The position numbers and the translations under genes are program-made. Of a DNA stretch of 64,000 bases, positions 1 to 11,353 are shown in pieces. Below the pieces are notes generated by a model. The model searched no databases. It worked only from the letters and a program-made list of their open reading frames with translations, and had not been told where the DNA came from. Source of the DNA: Tetramitus jugosus (lineage: Eukaryota > Protista > Heterolobosea); the NCBI GenBank assembly GCA_937625935.1, contig OW569364.1, positions 434,001 through 498,000 on the forward strand, written 5' to 3'. Positions within the stretch are counted from its first letter, which is position 1. The number at the start of each line of letters is the position of its first letter.

Positions 1-1535
1 ATACCAAAGGAAGATGATCCACACATGATACCCTTCACATTCTCTTTGATCACATCTCCCAGATCATCAAGACATTGTCCATCAGGGCTGCAATAGCTTG
101 GTTGGAGAGAAAGATAGGATAGGAAGGGTTGACGAGTGTCACGGTCACAATAACCTGCCTTGGTTGCCACAATACCATACAGATTATCCACAGACAACGA
201 AGAAGGTTTCTGGTTATAGAATACATGGCAAATAGACTTGAGTTTTGTAGCAGCAGGACTACCTCCGAATGGAGGATTAATAGCATACCAGGATGAATCC
301 TTGTTGAATGAACAATATCCATTCTTGATTCCTGCGGCAAGAATCAAGTTGCCCATCGAGTGTGCAAACACGATGGTATTCTTGATTACTGTACCTGAAG
401 AACCAGTATCGTGGTTCGCTGCCAAGTCACAAAAAGTTTTTTGGAGATACGTGCTATCCCATCCTCTCCTTGTGGTGTCTGCTCTAATAAAGAGTCTCTT
501 GGAGCATTGAGGAGTGAACTCATGAATATTTCCCCAATAGTCCTTGTGTTTGTTGAGTACTGGTAAATCCGGTTCTTCTCCTGCGCCATGTAGGAACACA
601 CAAACCTTTCCAGGTCCATTAACTTTGAGAATTTGCTTTGACTTCATCTGATCACACTTCGATTCATCGCGCAAGTGTTGAGAATCACAACAGACTGAAC
701 GATCAGCGAACCATGGTTCCTTCATTTGTTCAGTTACCAACGGAGCATTAATCTTATAGTCTTCATTTTCAATTGGCATAATCTCATCGATTGAAAGACA
801 CTCTGCCTTCAACTGCTTCAACTTCTTTGCAATGGTACTCTTGTTGGAAGATGACTTTCTTGCTGTTGGAGAGAATTTGGCAAACGTAACCATAATGTTC
901 TGACCAATAATGTATCTTATCTGACTCATGGAGGAGTCAGTCAAAACCAAAATGTACTCTTCCTCTGAGATAAACTTGAAAACACCTAGAAAGGCTCTCA
1001 AGTCTCCATTATTCAACAAGATATCATTCACAGATTGATCATAGATTGGACTGGATTGTAATTGCTGCTTGTTCAACTCTTTCAATGAACCAATAAATTC
1101 ATTCAGTGAATGAATGGAGAATCCTGGTTGATTAGATGAAGATGAAACACAGCTCTGTTCACCCTTGTTCGCATCCATAAAGGAAATTAATTTTCCTTCC
1201 GGATTGGCTTTAGAGCTAGAAAAGTGAAAGACATCTCTGTCGTTCCAATCTTCTGTGAGCATATCGACACTTGTAATTGCGCCTTCTTCGTTTGTATCTA
1301 AACGAGCAATTGAGGCATATTTTACATGAGGTGCGTCTCTTGTAACCGACACAAACTCCAGAGAGAAGTGTTGGTTGCTTGGAAGTCGCATCTTGGTATG
1401 AAGACTAGCAGAGTTCTCTTGGTCGGTCTCACATCGACTGTAGTCAGTGAACAGAAGAAGGAGAGACAACGACAATACGAGAGACAACACCAAAGAACAG
1501 AATTTCTGTGTTCTGTTTGAATAGAGTAGTGCCAT
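1..1535 (-). CDS. Secreted alpha/beta-hydrolase (lipase-like) protein, 3' end runs off the window
   Basis: Hand-translated open frame from ATG at 1535 to the window edge. It is absent from the ORF track because there is no stop in the window. Hydrophobic N-terminus (FCSLVLSLVLSLSLLLLF), CVFLHGAGE, YWGNIH, nucleophile-elbow motif VFAHSMGNL, PFGGS. Confidence 0.75.
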   Translation of the reverse strand, partial: MALLYSNRTQKFCSLVLSLVLSLSLLLLFTDYSRCETDQENSASLHTKMRLPSNQHFSLEFVSVTRDAPHVKYASIARLDTNEEGAITSVDMLTEDWNDRDVFHFSSSKANPEGKLISFMDANKGEQSCVSSSSNQPGFSIHSLNEFIGSLKELNKQQLQSSPIYDQSVNDILLNNGDLRAFLGVFKFISEEEYILVLTDSSMSQIRYIIGQNIMVTFAKFSPTARKSSSNKSTIAKKLKQLKAECLSIDEIMPIENEDYKINAPLVTEQMKEPWFADRSVCCDSQHLRDESKCDQMKSKQILKVNGPGKVCVFLHGAGEEPDLPVLNKHKDYWGNIHEFTPQCSKRLFIRADTTRRGWDSTYLQKTFCDLAANHDTGSSGTVIKNTIVFAHSMGNLILAAGIKNGYCSFNKDSSWYAINPPFGGSPAATKLKSICHVFYNQKPSSLSVDNLYGIVATKAGYCDRDTRQPFLSYLSLQPSYCSPDGQCLDDLGDVIKENVKGIMCGSSSFG

Positions 1536-1725
1536 TTTTTGCTTTTTGAAGAGTTACCCCATGTTGTTGTTGTTCTCGGTTATGTGGACGAACAACCAAC
1601 GCGTCATGCACAGGCGAAACGGTTGAGACCTAGGTGCTTAGATGACGCAAACCTTGACGTCATTATCGTGTCGGATAATTTTAATCGGAAGGGGGCGCCA
1701 GGTTGGGCAGACAAAAAGGCGCGAC

Positions 1726-4700
1726 CTAGATGCGCGGCATCATGGGGTCAAAGTCCGTGGGTGAACGACATTCTTCAAAGGCAATGATGGGTTGAGCCTT
1801 TGGCGTGTTGACTTTGAATGGCTCATCTCGAAGGAGCATTTGCAGGTGTGGTTGGGCATAGTTGTTGGCAAATATATCTTCGTTCTTCATCATGAGGTAC
1901 TTGAGTTTCCTTCGCGCTGCCCACTTGATGAATAGGAAAAGACAAACCAATAGAATGGTAACAGTCAGTGTGAATCCCACAAACGTGCTGGAGAGAATCG
2001 TTCGAATAGTCCAGTTAATCTGTGGAGCAGCAATGACAGATGAAACTGCCGAATACACCATCAGTATGCTCAAAATTCCAATCTCAGCCGTTCCTGTCAC
2101 ATTGGATTTCTCATAAAAGAAAGCCAACAGGAATGAATCAGAAATGTAGCTAACAATCATAAAAATGATTCCGGGCACAACTAACAAAGGAATCTTGGTG
2201 CAGGAAGTCAGTACGATGAAGAATACGACAATAGCCTTCGAGTAGGAGGTGATAAAATCGAATTCCAATCGCCTGGGTTCTCCTTTGGTTCTAATATAGC
2301 TTACAATTACCATGATTATCTTTCCGAGGTGCTTGAATGACCTGGATACAAACAATTGAGCCAAGATAAATTGTGTCAACTTCATCACTGTACTATTATA
2401 GTAGATATAGCTGGATACATGAAGCAGAGCTCGATCTTCAAAATAAGGTACCCAACAAGCCAGCAAAGCCATAATACATAATGTTTTGCATAACGTCGAG
2501 GCTTGGTATCGTGCAATTGTTTTCATTTTCTCAATCTTCGTAATGTTGTATGTGATAGCACCAGTAATCTCAACTAGAATAGCAACGACAAGTGGAAGCC
2601 TATTTGCGAGCCATGTCATAGCTGTCACTATTCCCATGACGAATTTGTTCTTTGACTGTCGAATCTCAGCGATAGATTGAGTTAGATGTAAACCGATGGC
2701 TAAGTTGTAAAAACCTCCAGTGATCACAAATGTAATGACAGACAAAAACATCAATACAAATACGATCATAAACACAATATAAACGATGATGACTCGAACT
2801 GCCGTGGATGTTTTCGATACGCAAATATTCTCCCAGAGAATTTCCTCTGGCTCCCAAGTGATCTCACTTAGTTTCCACTCTTCGGTTGTGTCAGAAAATT
2901 TTAGACTGTGCGGTGTGCAGCAGTCTTCTTTTCTTTCATGCAATTTAACACAGGACCTTAGACCTTGTACTGATCTAAACGTAACAAATGCAGAGTTAGA
3001 GATAATCGGTTTCTGAGACGCCAGAGTAAATAACTGTTCTCGAACGTCATCTAATCGCTTAAATCTTCTCTCTACTACCCTGGGGTCAACATCCGAGGTA
3101 TCTTTCAGCTGTGTTTCGATTGTATGCTGTGCATCTATCAATGGAATTAAGTGTGCAATATCCGCAATAACATTAACTGAGAGGACATTCTCCGAGTCGA
3201 GTGAAGGAATATCCTTGCCTTCATACTTTGCCTTTGCATATCGTATCTCATGTTCCTGTTTAATTATACTATCATAGTGATGCTTCAATAGTTTTTGCCT
3301 TCGTAGTACCTCTGACTTGTTTTTCAGTATTACATCTAGATCTGGGGAGCGGGTAACAGTCAATACTAAATCAGGTAGATTAGTCAAGTGGGCAGTAAAG
3401 AAAGCTTGCTTCGCTTGCTTCTTTTTGAAGAATATTAGCCTCAGAACTAGAATGATGTTGACCACTGAAATTAAGTATATTCCAATACTGAGCACATAGT
3501 GCACGATAGCAATAGTTGAATTCTTCTTGAGAGTTGCAGCTGTGGTGATTGCAAAATCAGGGTATATTCGACTTTTGCTCTTATGATACTGAGTAACATG
3601 GATAGGAATCAGAGTACATATGACTAATATTCCAATGAGTGCCAGTAAAAATATGCATCTTCGATAAAATTTCCAGTGATAATACGCTTGAAAACCACAC
3701 TGTTTCACCAGACGCACGGAGTTCATTCTGATGAACCACCAAATATTAAACCCTACTCTGGGGTGCAACACATACTCGTCCGAAATGTCACCAATATCTT
3801 CCTCATTCGCGATCGCAGGGTCTCGTTTATTCTGCAAGTAGTCAGATTCTAATTGTTTTTGCTTTTGGTCCCGAAGTGAATCGGCCAAGTGCTTTGTAAG
3901 AGACCACGGACAAAATTTGGCAAACAACACCAATATAATATGAGTAATAAGGAACATAGGAACTCCCATATACAAGTACGGTCCCAATAGAATATCTTTG
4001 GTTGCCCTATACACTTTCACACGCTTCGGGGACTGATAGAACAAGCATGATGAATGATTGTAATGAGATTCATTGTGTAGGAGGAACACAAATCCTACTT
4101 GGTAGGAACCAGGACTTGCAATTAATCCCGTATTTGTCAACAAGATATGGTACAATATTTTGTCGCTGCGAGAGTTGAGCCTGACCATCAGTTTACCACT
4201 CTCTGAATCAACAGAATAGTTCGCTCGCATTGGTCTAATTCCGAGAAGAGATGATGAGGTGTATGTCGTTGGTTCATACATACCTTTGGTGATGTTGGAG
4301 TGCTGTCTGTTCATGACAAATGATCCAACATGAGCAGTGTAGTTATACTTTCTCAACTCCTTGATCAACTTGTTGCTCCCGTCAAAAGATTCACTAACAT
4401 ATTCGCTTATAAACTCTTGTGGAACGGCAAGTGTAGGCTGGTCATCAAATCCACCTTCTTTTGCATTCCGCACACTCTCTGAATAAGGCAAGTACAATTG
4501 GGCGAATTGACTGCCGCTCACGCAACTGTCCACACTTTCAATTCGTTTTTCACAATTATTCACAACATACTCATCTCTAGAATACAATTTTGCAAAGCTT
4601 CCTTTGCCCAGTGATCCTACATAATCTACTGTCCAATTCTCACACTCTTGCGTGCTATTGACACAACTGGATGACATGGTGCACCATGCACACTCGTTAC

Positions 4701-4833
4701 TTAAAGCAGGATCTAAGCAAGAGAAGCATGACCTCAGGGATCCACAAGTAGTCTGCAGAGCTTCCCCAGTATAAGCCAATCCCAAAGAGATTACAATAAT
4801 GTACAACAACCAAGAAATGAGAAGCGGTCTCAT
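1726..4833 (-). CDS. OSCA/TMEM63/CSC1-family mechanosensitive channel with N-terminal signal peptide and PSI-like extracellular domain
   Basis: 1035 aa ORF. Multiple TM helices, AFVTFRS and WEPEEILWENI motifs typical of RSN1/CSC1. Cys-rich CGSLRSCFSCL...CAWC...C near the N-terminus. Confidence 0.8.
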   Translation of the reverse strand: MRPLLISWLLYIIVISLGLAYTGEALQTTCGSLRSCFSCLDPALSNECAWCTMSSSCVNSTQECENWTVDYVGSLGKGSFAKLYSRDEYVVNNCEKRIESVDSCVSGSQFAQLYLPYSESVRNAKEGGFDDQPTLAVPQEFISEYVSESFDGSNKLIKELRKYNYTAHVGSFVMNRQHSNITKGMYEPTTYTSSSLLGIRPMRANYSVDSESGKLMVRLNSRSDKILYHILLTNTGLIASPGSYQVGFVFLLHNESHYNHSSCLFYQSPKRVKVYRATKDILLGPYLYMGVPMFLITHIILVLFAKFCPWSLTKHLADSLRDQKQKQLESDYLQNKRDPAIANEEDIGDISDEYVLHPRVGFNIWWFIRMNSVRLVKQCGFQAYYHWKFYRRCIFLLALIGILVICTLIPIHVTQYHKSKSRIYPDFAITTAATLKKNSTIAIVHYVLSIGIYLISVVNIILVLRLIFFKKKQAKQAFFTAHLTNLPDLVLTVTRSPDLDVILKNKSEVLRRQKLLKHHYDSIIKQEHEIRYAKAKYEGKDIPSLDSENVLSVNVIADIAHLIPLIDAQHTIETQLKDTSDVDPRVVERRFKRLDDVREQLFTLASQKPIISNSAFVTFRSVQGLRSCVKLHERKEDCCTPHSLKFSDTTEEWKLSEITWEPEEILWENICVSKTSTAVRVIIVYIVFMIVFVLMFLSVITFVITGGFYNLAIGLHLTQSIAEIRQSKNKFVMGIVTAMTWLANRLPLVVAILVEITGAITYNITKIEKMKTIARYQASTLCKTLCIMALLACWVPYFEDRALLHVSSYIYYNSTVMKLTQFILAQLFVSRSFKHLGKIIMVIVSYIRTKGEPRRLEFDFITSYSKAIVVFFIVLTSCTKIPLLVVPGIIFMIVSYISDSFLLAFFYEKSNVTGTAEIGILSILMVYSAVSSVIAAPQINWTIRTILSSTFVGFTLTVTILLVCLFLFIKWAARRKLKYLMMKNEDIFANNYAQPHLQMLLRDEPFKVNTPKAQPIIAFEECRSPTDFDPMMPRI

Positions 4834-5064
4834 ATTATAATGATGTCAAGTCAATAAATAAAGATCTTGCAATTCTCACCGAGGTTGTTATTGCGTGAGA
4901 ATTGTTCTGTAGCTGGACCGGATTTATCTTTTGAGATATTCCGTTCTCTGTGTGTCTCATCACCGGTCCGTAGATTGGAAAACGCCGCCCCCCTATTGAG
5001 AAAATGTCAACTCCAATGTCGTGAATTGAAAGCAGTGGCCTTTACTGAAGAACATTCTCGCTGG

Positions 5065-6345
5065 TTACAAGTCCTGTCTCATCACAGGGACCAACAATGA
5101 ATGACACTCGTGCATATCACTCAAAGTGCTACCGTCCAAAGGTAATTCCACTGTTTGGTTCGTTGCCAAATTGACAATTGTTGCGTTCATGTCTCCGTTG
5201 GCGTCCACATCCAACGTGACATCAAACTCTGTGTCCTTGGCTACATTGTCAAATGTGACTTGCCCGAGCATTAGTTGACCCTGATAGATACTGATATGGA
5301 CATGTGGTTGATCCTCTGGTGACTTGAACTTCTTTGTGTGAGTCAGCGGATATACACTGTTCTTGTTTGCGAGAGAGATGTACTTGTCATCCTTGACACC
5401 AACAGTGATTGCTTCAGGCATAGCATTCAACAAGATCAAATTATCAACGATTCCATCCAGAATAGCAGCTTGCACCGCAGCTCCTGTAGCCATTACATTG
5501 TCAATATTTACAACCTTTTGTTCTGCGTTTGCGAACAGACCCAACAATTGATTCTTGATCCTGTCATTCGACATTAGACTACCAGACAAAATGATGTGAG
5601 TGACATCACTCAACGCAGCACCTACGACTTCTAAGCTATGTTTCACACGATCCACTACAGCCTTTGTCAACAATTCTAAATACTTGTCCTCGCTCATCTC
5701 ATAGTTCCTGAAATGGATCACACCATCAGTGTCCTCGATACTCGCCACACCATAAACAACTTCAGCAACTGCAACACTGAAGCTACTCTCATCCAAATGA
5801 ATCGTGATCAATTTTCCTTCGTTCTGAGAATGGAAATAGTCGTAAGCTAAAGCAGCAGACGATGCATCAACCAGAACTTTTCTCAGTTGTGGCAGCTGAT
5901 CACAATTTCTCCAAGCTCTCAAAACACTCTGTCTCTGCAGTTCACTGAAACCAGTAGGCACATTGAGCACAACAGATTCAATAGGTTCTTGCTCAGCCAA
6001 TGAACCATTGATTTCTTTATTCTTTTCTCTCACTTGTTGAATCATATGATTGACTACTTTTGTGAGTTCAGCCTTGGGAAGAGTAGCTTCTCTTGGATAG
6101 TCCCAACCACCACTTGGTGTTGGTGGAAGAGGCAAAGAGCACGCAAACACTGGTGGTTTCATCGATTCAACATCGTGATTCTTTGGAAAGAAGCAACAAG
6201 TCGCTTCATTGCACGTAAAGTCGATACCAATGGACAATGGTCTCAACTGTTGTTGTTGTTGAAGGCTGGCACAAAAAGACTGTTTGGTGGAAGGAGCTAC
6301 GGAAGATGCAAGGAATCGGTTTCTTGAGATCAAATGACGCAACAT
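5065..6345 (-). CDS. Divergent short Hsp70-like protein with predicted mitochondrial presequence
   Basis: SIGIDF, VVLNVPTGFSELQRQ, AALAY, VMATGAAVQAAIL, ISIYQG, FDVTLDVDANG motifs. Arg/Ser-rich N-terminus. Confidence 0.8.
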   Translation of the reverse strand: MLRHLISRNRFLASSVAPSTKQSFCASLQQQQQLRPLSIGIDFTCNEATCCFFPKNHDVESMKPPVFACSLPLPPTPSGGWDYPREATLPKAELTKVVNHMIQQVREKNKEINGSLAEQEPIESVVLNVPTGFSELQRQSVLRAWRNCDQLPQLRKVLVDASSAALAYDYFHSQNEGKLITIHLDESSFSVAVAEVVYGVASIEDTDGVIHFRNYEMSEDKYLELLTKAVVDRVKHSLEVVGAALSDVTHIILSGSLMSNDRIKNQLLGLFANAEQKVVNIDNVMATGAAVQAAILDGIVDNLILLNAMPEAITVGVKDDKYISLANKNSVYPLTHTKKFKSPEDQPHVHISIYQGQLMLGQVTFDNVAKDTEFDVTLDVDANGDMNATIVNLATNQTVELPLDGSTLSDMHECHSLLVPVMRQDL

Positions 6346-6676
6346 GATGACAACGAATTCAGGGTTTTTTTACAAGTTTGTTGTTGTGATCTCGCAGAGA
6401 GAATTTGTTTTTCAGCTGCACGGAACAACAAGAAATGCTTCATCTATAATTAGGCATGTTGATACCTCTGGATGTCGAAGGACGATCTGAAAAGTTTAGT
6501 GGCTCAGTTGTTGAAGAAAACCATAGAACTTACAGCTCTGACTATTCTGAAACTGTCAGTATGGTAAGAATTCTTACCATAAATTTAGTTCGCAAGATGA
6601 CATCACGCTTCGAGGAGCACCCTAAACAACGACACCAGAAGAATCGATCAATATCGAACATCTACATTCCTCCAAA

Positions 6677-7658
6677 ATGTTGGCTATCCAGTCTGTCTTC
6701 CTCTTCGGTGTAACAATGACTGTTCTGGTGCTGTGCTTCTGTGCATCCGTCCGTGGTCAAACTCTCCCAGGCACATTTGATCGAATCATGATTATCATGT
6801 TTGAGAATCAACCCAATATTCTTACCATGCTCTTCCCTTATTTCAAGGAGTTGGCGAAACACCAAGGATCTCACTTGACAGATTATTATGCAGTGACTCA
6901 TCCTTCTCAACCCAATTACATCTCCATGATTGCAGGTGATTACTTTGGTTATCACACGGACGGCATACTTGACCTTAACATGCCCATGTTGGCTGACTTG
7001 ATGGAGAAAAAGGGACTGAACTGGAAATCATATCAAGAGAACTATCCAGATAATTCTCGTTGTTTCTCTGGACCGAACTTTGATGACCTGTACTACAGAA
7101 AGCACAATCCGTTCATGAGCTTTTTGAGTGTGTCAACCAATGAAGCACGATGCACAAAGCACATTGTGAATGCTGATCAACTTTATGTTGATATCGCCAA
7201 TAATGACTTGCCAGTAAGTTTGTCATCTCGAGTTTTTCTCTAAGTGCTATACATGTACTAACAATCACTTTCACAATTATGTGTCACACTAATCAACTGA
7301 ACAGCAACTCATGTATTACACACCAAATATTGACAATGATGGACATGACACTGGTCTCGGTTATGCAAACGATTATCTGTCAAACTTTTTGCCTCGATTG
7401 CTGGAGAATCGTCAGTTCATGAATGGAACATTGATTGTTGTGACATTTGATGAAGATGATTACTTGGCCTTTAATCGGGTCTATTGTGTCTTGTTGGGTC
7501 CCATGGTTATTGCTGGATCCTCAGACGATACCGAGTACAACCACTATTCACTTTTGAGAACGATTGAGGACAACTTCCAGTTGGGTACTCTGGGAAGAAA
7601 CGATGATGATGCTCAAAGCTTCAGCTACTTGATTCGTGAGAACAAGTACAAGGTTTAA
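6677..7658 (+). CDS. Secreted phosphoesterase / acid phosphatase family protein (paralog 1), intron 7214-7304
   Basis: IMFENQ, VTHPSQPNY, YYRKHNPF, NDGHDT, VTFDE, YNHYSLLRTIEDNF motifs. A phase-0 GTAAGT...AACAG intron joins the two ORFs. Confidence 0.9.
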
Positions 7659-7988
7659 TACAATTCAAACTCAATTTTTCTCTGATATATTCATCGAGAT
7701 TCAGAATTCTCAGTTCTTAAGTATTGTTGGATATTGTTGATCTTAACCCAACAACAGTTCAGACTTGAGAGACGAGAGTTGTAGGAGGTGAAATTATCTT
7801 AAGCTCACCTGAACCAGTCAACAATTCTCTGGGTCAAGAATTGATAGCAGAGCGATCGGTGTCGAAAAGCGCGATGGATGACATCATTCAGGTCCCCTTC
7901 CGAATTCATTATTCCCCTTTCACGTTCAAACAGCATAACAGCAACAACACAAAAAAGTAACAGTCATCCACACCACCTACGCACAAAG

Positions 7989-9023
7989 ATGTTGACTACC
8001 AAGCCTGTCCTCCTCGGTCTCACAATGACTGTCTTGATGCTATGCTTCTGTGCATCACAGTTCACCATGGTTTCAGGTCAAACTCTGCCAGGTACTTTTG
8101 ATCGCGTAATGATTATCATGTTTGAGAATCAGCCCAATATTCTCACCATGCTCTACTCGTACTTTAAAGAGTTGGCCAACCAGAAAGGATCTCATTTGAC
8201 TGGGTACCATGCAGTGACTCACCCTTCTCAACCCAATTATGTCTCCATGATTGCAGGTGACTTTTTTGATCATCGAACAGACAATGACATTAACTTTAAT
8301 GTAACCATGTTGGCTGATTTGATGGAGAGAAAGGGATTGAACTGGAAATCATACCAGGAGAACTATCCGGACAATTCTCGTTGCTTCTCTGGACCGACCT
8401 TTGATAATTTGTACTATAGAAAGCACAATCCGTTCATGAGCTTTTTGAGTGTGTCGACTGATGAGGCACGATGCACAAAGCACATTGTGAATGCTGAACA
8501 ATTGAAAACTGATATTGCAAACAATGACTTGCCAGTATGTTTCTTTGCTTCACTCTTGGTTGTTCCTTGGTTTGTTGGTTGTAACCACAACAACAACAAC
8601 AACAATTCATTAACACAATATCTCGATTTTACAATTCTATGTGTGTCTATGCCAATTCATATTGAACAGCAACTCATGTACTATACACCAAATATTGACA
8701 ATGATGGGCACAATACTGGTCTCAAGTACGCAGATCATTATCTGTCAAACCTTTTGCCTCCATTGCTCGAGAATCGTCAATTCATGAATGGAACATTGAT
8801 TGTTGTGACATTCGACGAAGATGATTACTTGTTCTTCAACAGTGTTTATTGTGTCTTGTTGGGCCCTATGGTCAAGGCTGGTTCGTCAGATGACACCAAA
8901 TACAATCACTACTCTCTGTTGAGAACCATCGAAGACAACTTCCAGTTGGGTACTCTGGGAAGAAACGACGACAAGGCACAAAGTTTCAAGAACTTGATTC
9001 GTGAGAACAAATACAAGGTGTAA
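7989..9023 (+). CDS. Secreted phosphoesterase / acid phosphatase family protein (tandem paralog 2), intron 8535-8669
   Basis: Highly similar to paralog 1. Intron GTATGT...AACAG at the same position. Confidence 0.9.
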   Translation: MLTTKPVLLGLTMTVLMLCFCASQFTMVSGQTLPGTFDRVMIIMFENQPNILTMLYSYFKELANQKGSHLTGYHAVTHPSQPNYVSMIAGDFFDHRTDNDINFNVTMLADLMERKGLNWKSYQENYPDNSRCFSGPTFDNLYYRKHNPFMSFLSVSTDEARCTKHIVNAEQLKTDIANNDLPVCFFASLLVVPWFVGCNHNNNNNNSLTQYLDFTILCVSMPIHIEQQLMYYTPNIDNDGHNTGLKYADHYLSNLLPPLLENRQFMNGTLIVVTFDEDDYLFFNSVYCVLLGPMVKAGSSDDTKYNHYSLLRTIEDNFQLGTLGRNDDKAQSFKNLIRENKYKV

Positions 9024-9165
9024 TACAACTTGAATCATCATCCATACAACCAAACATCTTCTCCTATTTCTCCTCCGTATTCTATCCCGCCAAAAAACAT
9101 TTTCCACGTGTCCAAAAATTCGCAAAATCAAAAATCAAACAAAAAAACACGCAAAAAAACCAACA

Positions 9166-9816
9166 ATGAACAACAAACAACAACCAAACACCAGTGTACT
9201 ACTACTACTATTGACATTCATCATACTACTCTCATTGACAATCATAATACATGCCGACTCCAACACAATCGTCACATGTCACTCTGTCATCAAACTAAGA
9301 CACAAGCAACAATCATGTAGTCTACACTCTCATCAAGTCACTTATGGTACAGGATCGGGACAACAAAGTGTAACATGTTTCCCAGGCACTGGTGATGCCA
9401 ATTCCTATTGGATTATCAAGGCACCTCACAATTCACCTGTAGATGCATGTCCACCTGGCACTCCGATTACTCACAAGATGAAAATTTCATTGGAACATGT
9501 CAATACTCATGCAAAGCTACATTCTCACTTGCATCGATCTCCATTGACTCAACAACAAGAAGTCAGTTGTTACCCTGGTGGTGATTCAGGTGACAATTGG
9601 ATTGTGGAGTTGATTTCAGGGGCAGAGTGGATCAAGGGAAAACCAGTGAGATTGCAACATGTGGATACAGGAAAGTTTTTGCATTCGCATGATCATCGAT
9701 TTGGAAGACCCATTCCTAATCAGTGTGAAGTCACTGGATTTGCGGATAAGAATAATGCGGAGAATTTGTGGATGGCTGAAGAAGGAGTGTATTATCCATC
9801 TGTTGCTTCTCATTAG
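9166..9816 (+). CDS. SDF2: Stromal cell-derived factor 2-like ER protein (MIR domains)
   Basis: Signal peptide; VTCHSVIKL, LHSHQVTYGTGSGQQSVT, LHSHLHRSPLTQQQEVS, FGRPIPNQCEV, WMAEEGVY. Confidence 0.9.
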   Translation: MNNKQQPNTSVLLLLLTFIILLSLTIIIHADSNTIVTCHSVIKLRHKQQSCSLHSHQVTYGTGSGQQSVTCFPGTGDANSYWIIKAPHNSPVDACPPGTPITHKMKISLEHVNTHAKLHSHLHRSPLTQQQEVSCYPGGDSGDNWIVELISGAEWIKGKPVRLQHVDTGKFLHSHDHRFGRPIPNQCEVTGFADKNNAENLWMAEEGVYYPSVASH

Positions 9817-10097
9817 GAGTAGTAGTAAAAGAACGAACAATAAGATTCATTTTTTGTTCATTCTCTAATGGTATTTGATGTCCCAAGTCTTGTGGGCAAA
9901 CCTAAGTGTTGGCTCTTCCGTTCAACATTTCTTGTCAAAAAGTACAATAAGCACTTGACCAAAATATTGCAGCCTATATCTCGCAGGAATATACAATTTG
10001 TGTCTAGAAAGGGAAGAAATTTGATTTCAAAAGCTTTTCTTTAATATTTTGTATTGAAAACGAAATTCAAGGAACAAGATACCAAGCGAACGTCCAT

Positions 10098-11353
10098 CTA
10101 CAAGGAATCAGTTGAATTGTTTGAGGAAAATGCAGTTGGACCGATAGTTTTGATATTGTTCTTTTGTGGTGTGTCGAACGATAGAGCTCTCATGCTATCT
10201 GTCAGACTTGAAATGGATCCATTAGAGGAAGATGAACAGTTGGGTGAGAACAAGACGCGAGAGCGAAGAGGGTTCGTTGGTTGTTGTTCAGTAATTCTCT
10301 GATTGGCAGGAGAGAAGTCCCAGTTCAATTTTCTGCCACTCTTCCATTGACTATCCACGACTTCCAATTCTTGATAGTGGTGCGATATGGGGTTGTATTG
10401 AACGTACTTGCGACTACTAGCCGGGGTGTGTTCCCCTCGCTTCTGTTGTTGTTGTGAAGTCATCGATAATGGTTCGGGTTGAGTTGATGAAAGGACAGGA
10501 GCAGCTTTCATCGTTTGTTTCGAGCAAGGCTCCATGCCTTCTCTTTTCATTTGTGCATCTTCCTCGCTATTGTCTAGTGGTTCGAGCTCTTCTCGTGATT
10601 TCAATGAATTCTCTAAAGTATTATCAAACTTTGGGAGTTCTTTCACCTTATCTTTCGCATGTATTTGAGGAGATAAAACCTTCTTTGGTTTGTTCGATTC
10701 CACATATCCATTGTTTGAGCTGAAGTATCGCTTGAACACCACAAAGTTGTTGGATTGGGGAATGTATTCACTTAAACTATATCTTGTTTTCAAGAATCCA
10801 ATCAATTTACTCGATGGACGATCATATCCTAGTTTTGCTGCATTCGTATTCTCATATTGGAGCATGTACTCAAAGAGAATCGATCCTACTCCTTTCCTCT
10901 GCATTCTCTCATGCACATAAAAGTCCAAGACACAAATCGGTTCAATCTCTTTGAATGCACCACACTCATTCTGGACGAGAAGATATCATTGTACACGAGA
11001 GTAAGAACACAATAATTCGAAGAAGTGAGGTATTCACACCTCAAGACGAGGACTATACATACTCGATAGAACAACTTTTTGGGTCCAGTTTTGAGCATTC
11101 CAATGGTTTTTCCGCCTTCACTGAAGAGAAACAACCGAGAATCAGAATACAATAGCTTAGAAGAGCTCGTAATAGGTTTAGGAAGAGCTTGAGCCTTGGC
11201 AGAAAGCACTCCCAATTGGTCAATAATGTTACTCATGTGAGTGAACTTTTGTCCTTGTTGCTGACTCTTTAATTGAGTCAACTTTTCCTTGTCCCAAACA
11301 GAGGCTCCACCGCTTGTATGAAGCAGCGAATAAATTGTTGTATGTACATCCAT
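10098..11353 (-). CDS. ATAT1: Alpha-tubulin N-acetyltransferase (MEC-17 family), intron 10971-11062
   Basis: IIDQLGVLSAKAQAL, GMLKTGPKKLF, CVLDFYVHERMQRKGVG, YDRPSSKLIGFL, QSNNFVVF. GTATGT...CCAG intron restores the frame. Start codon is inferred. Confidence 0.9.
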
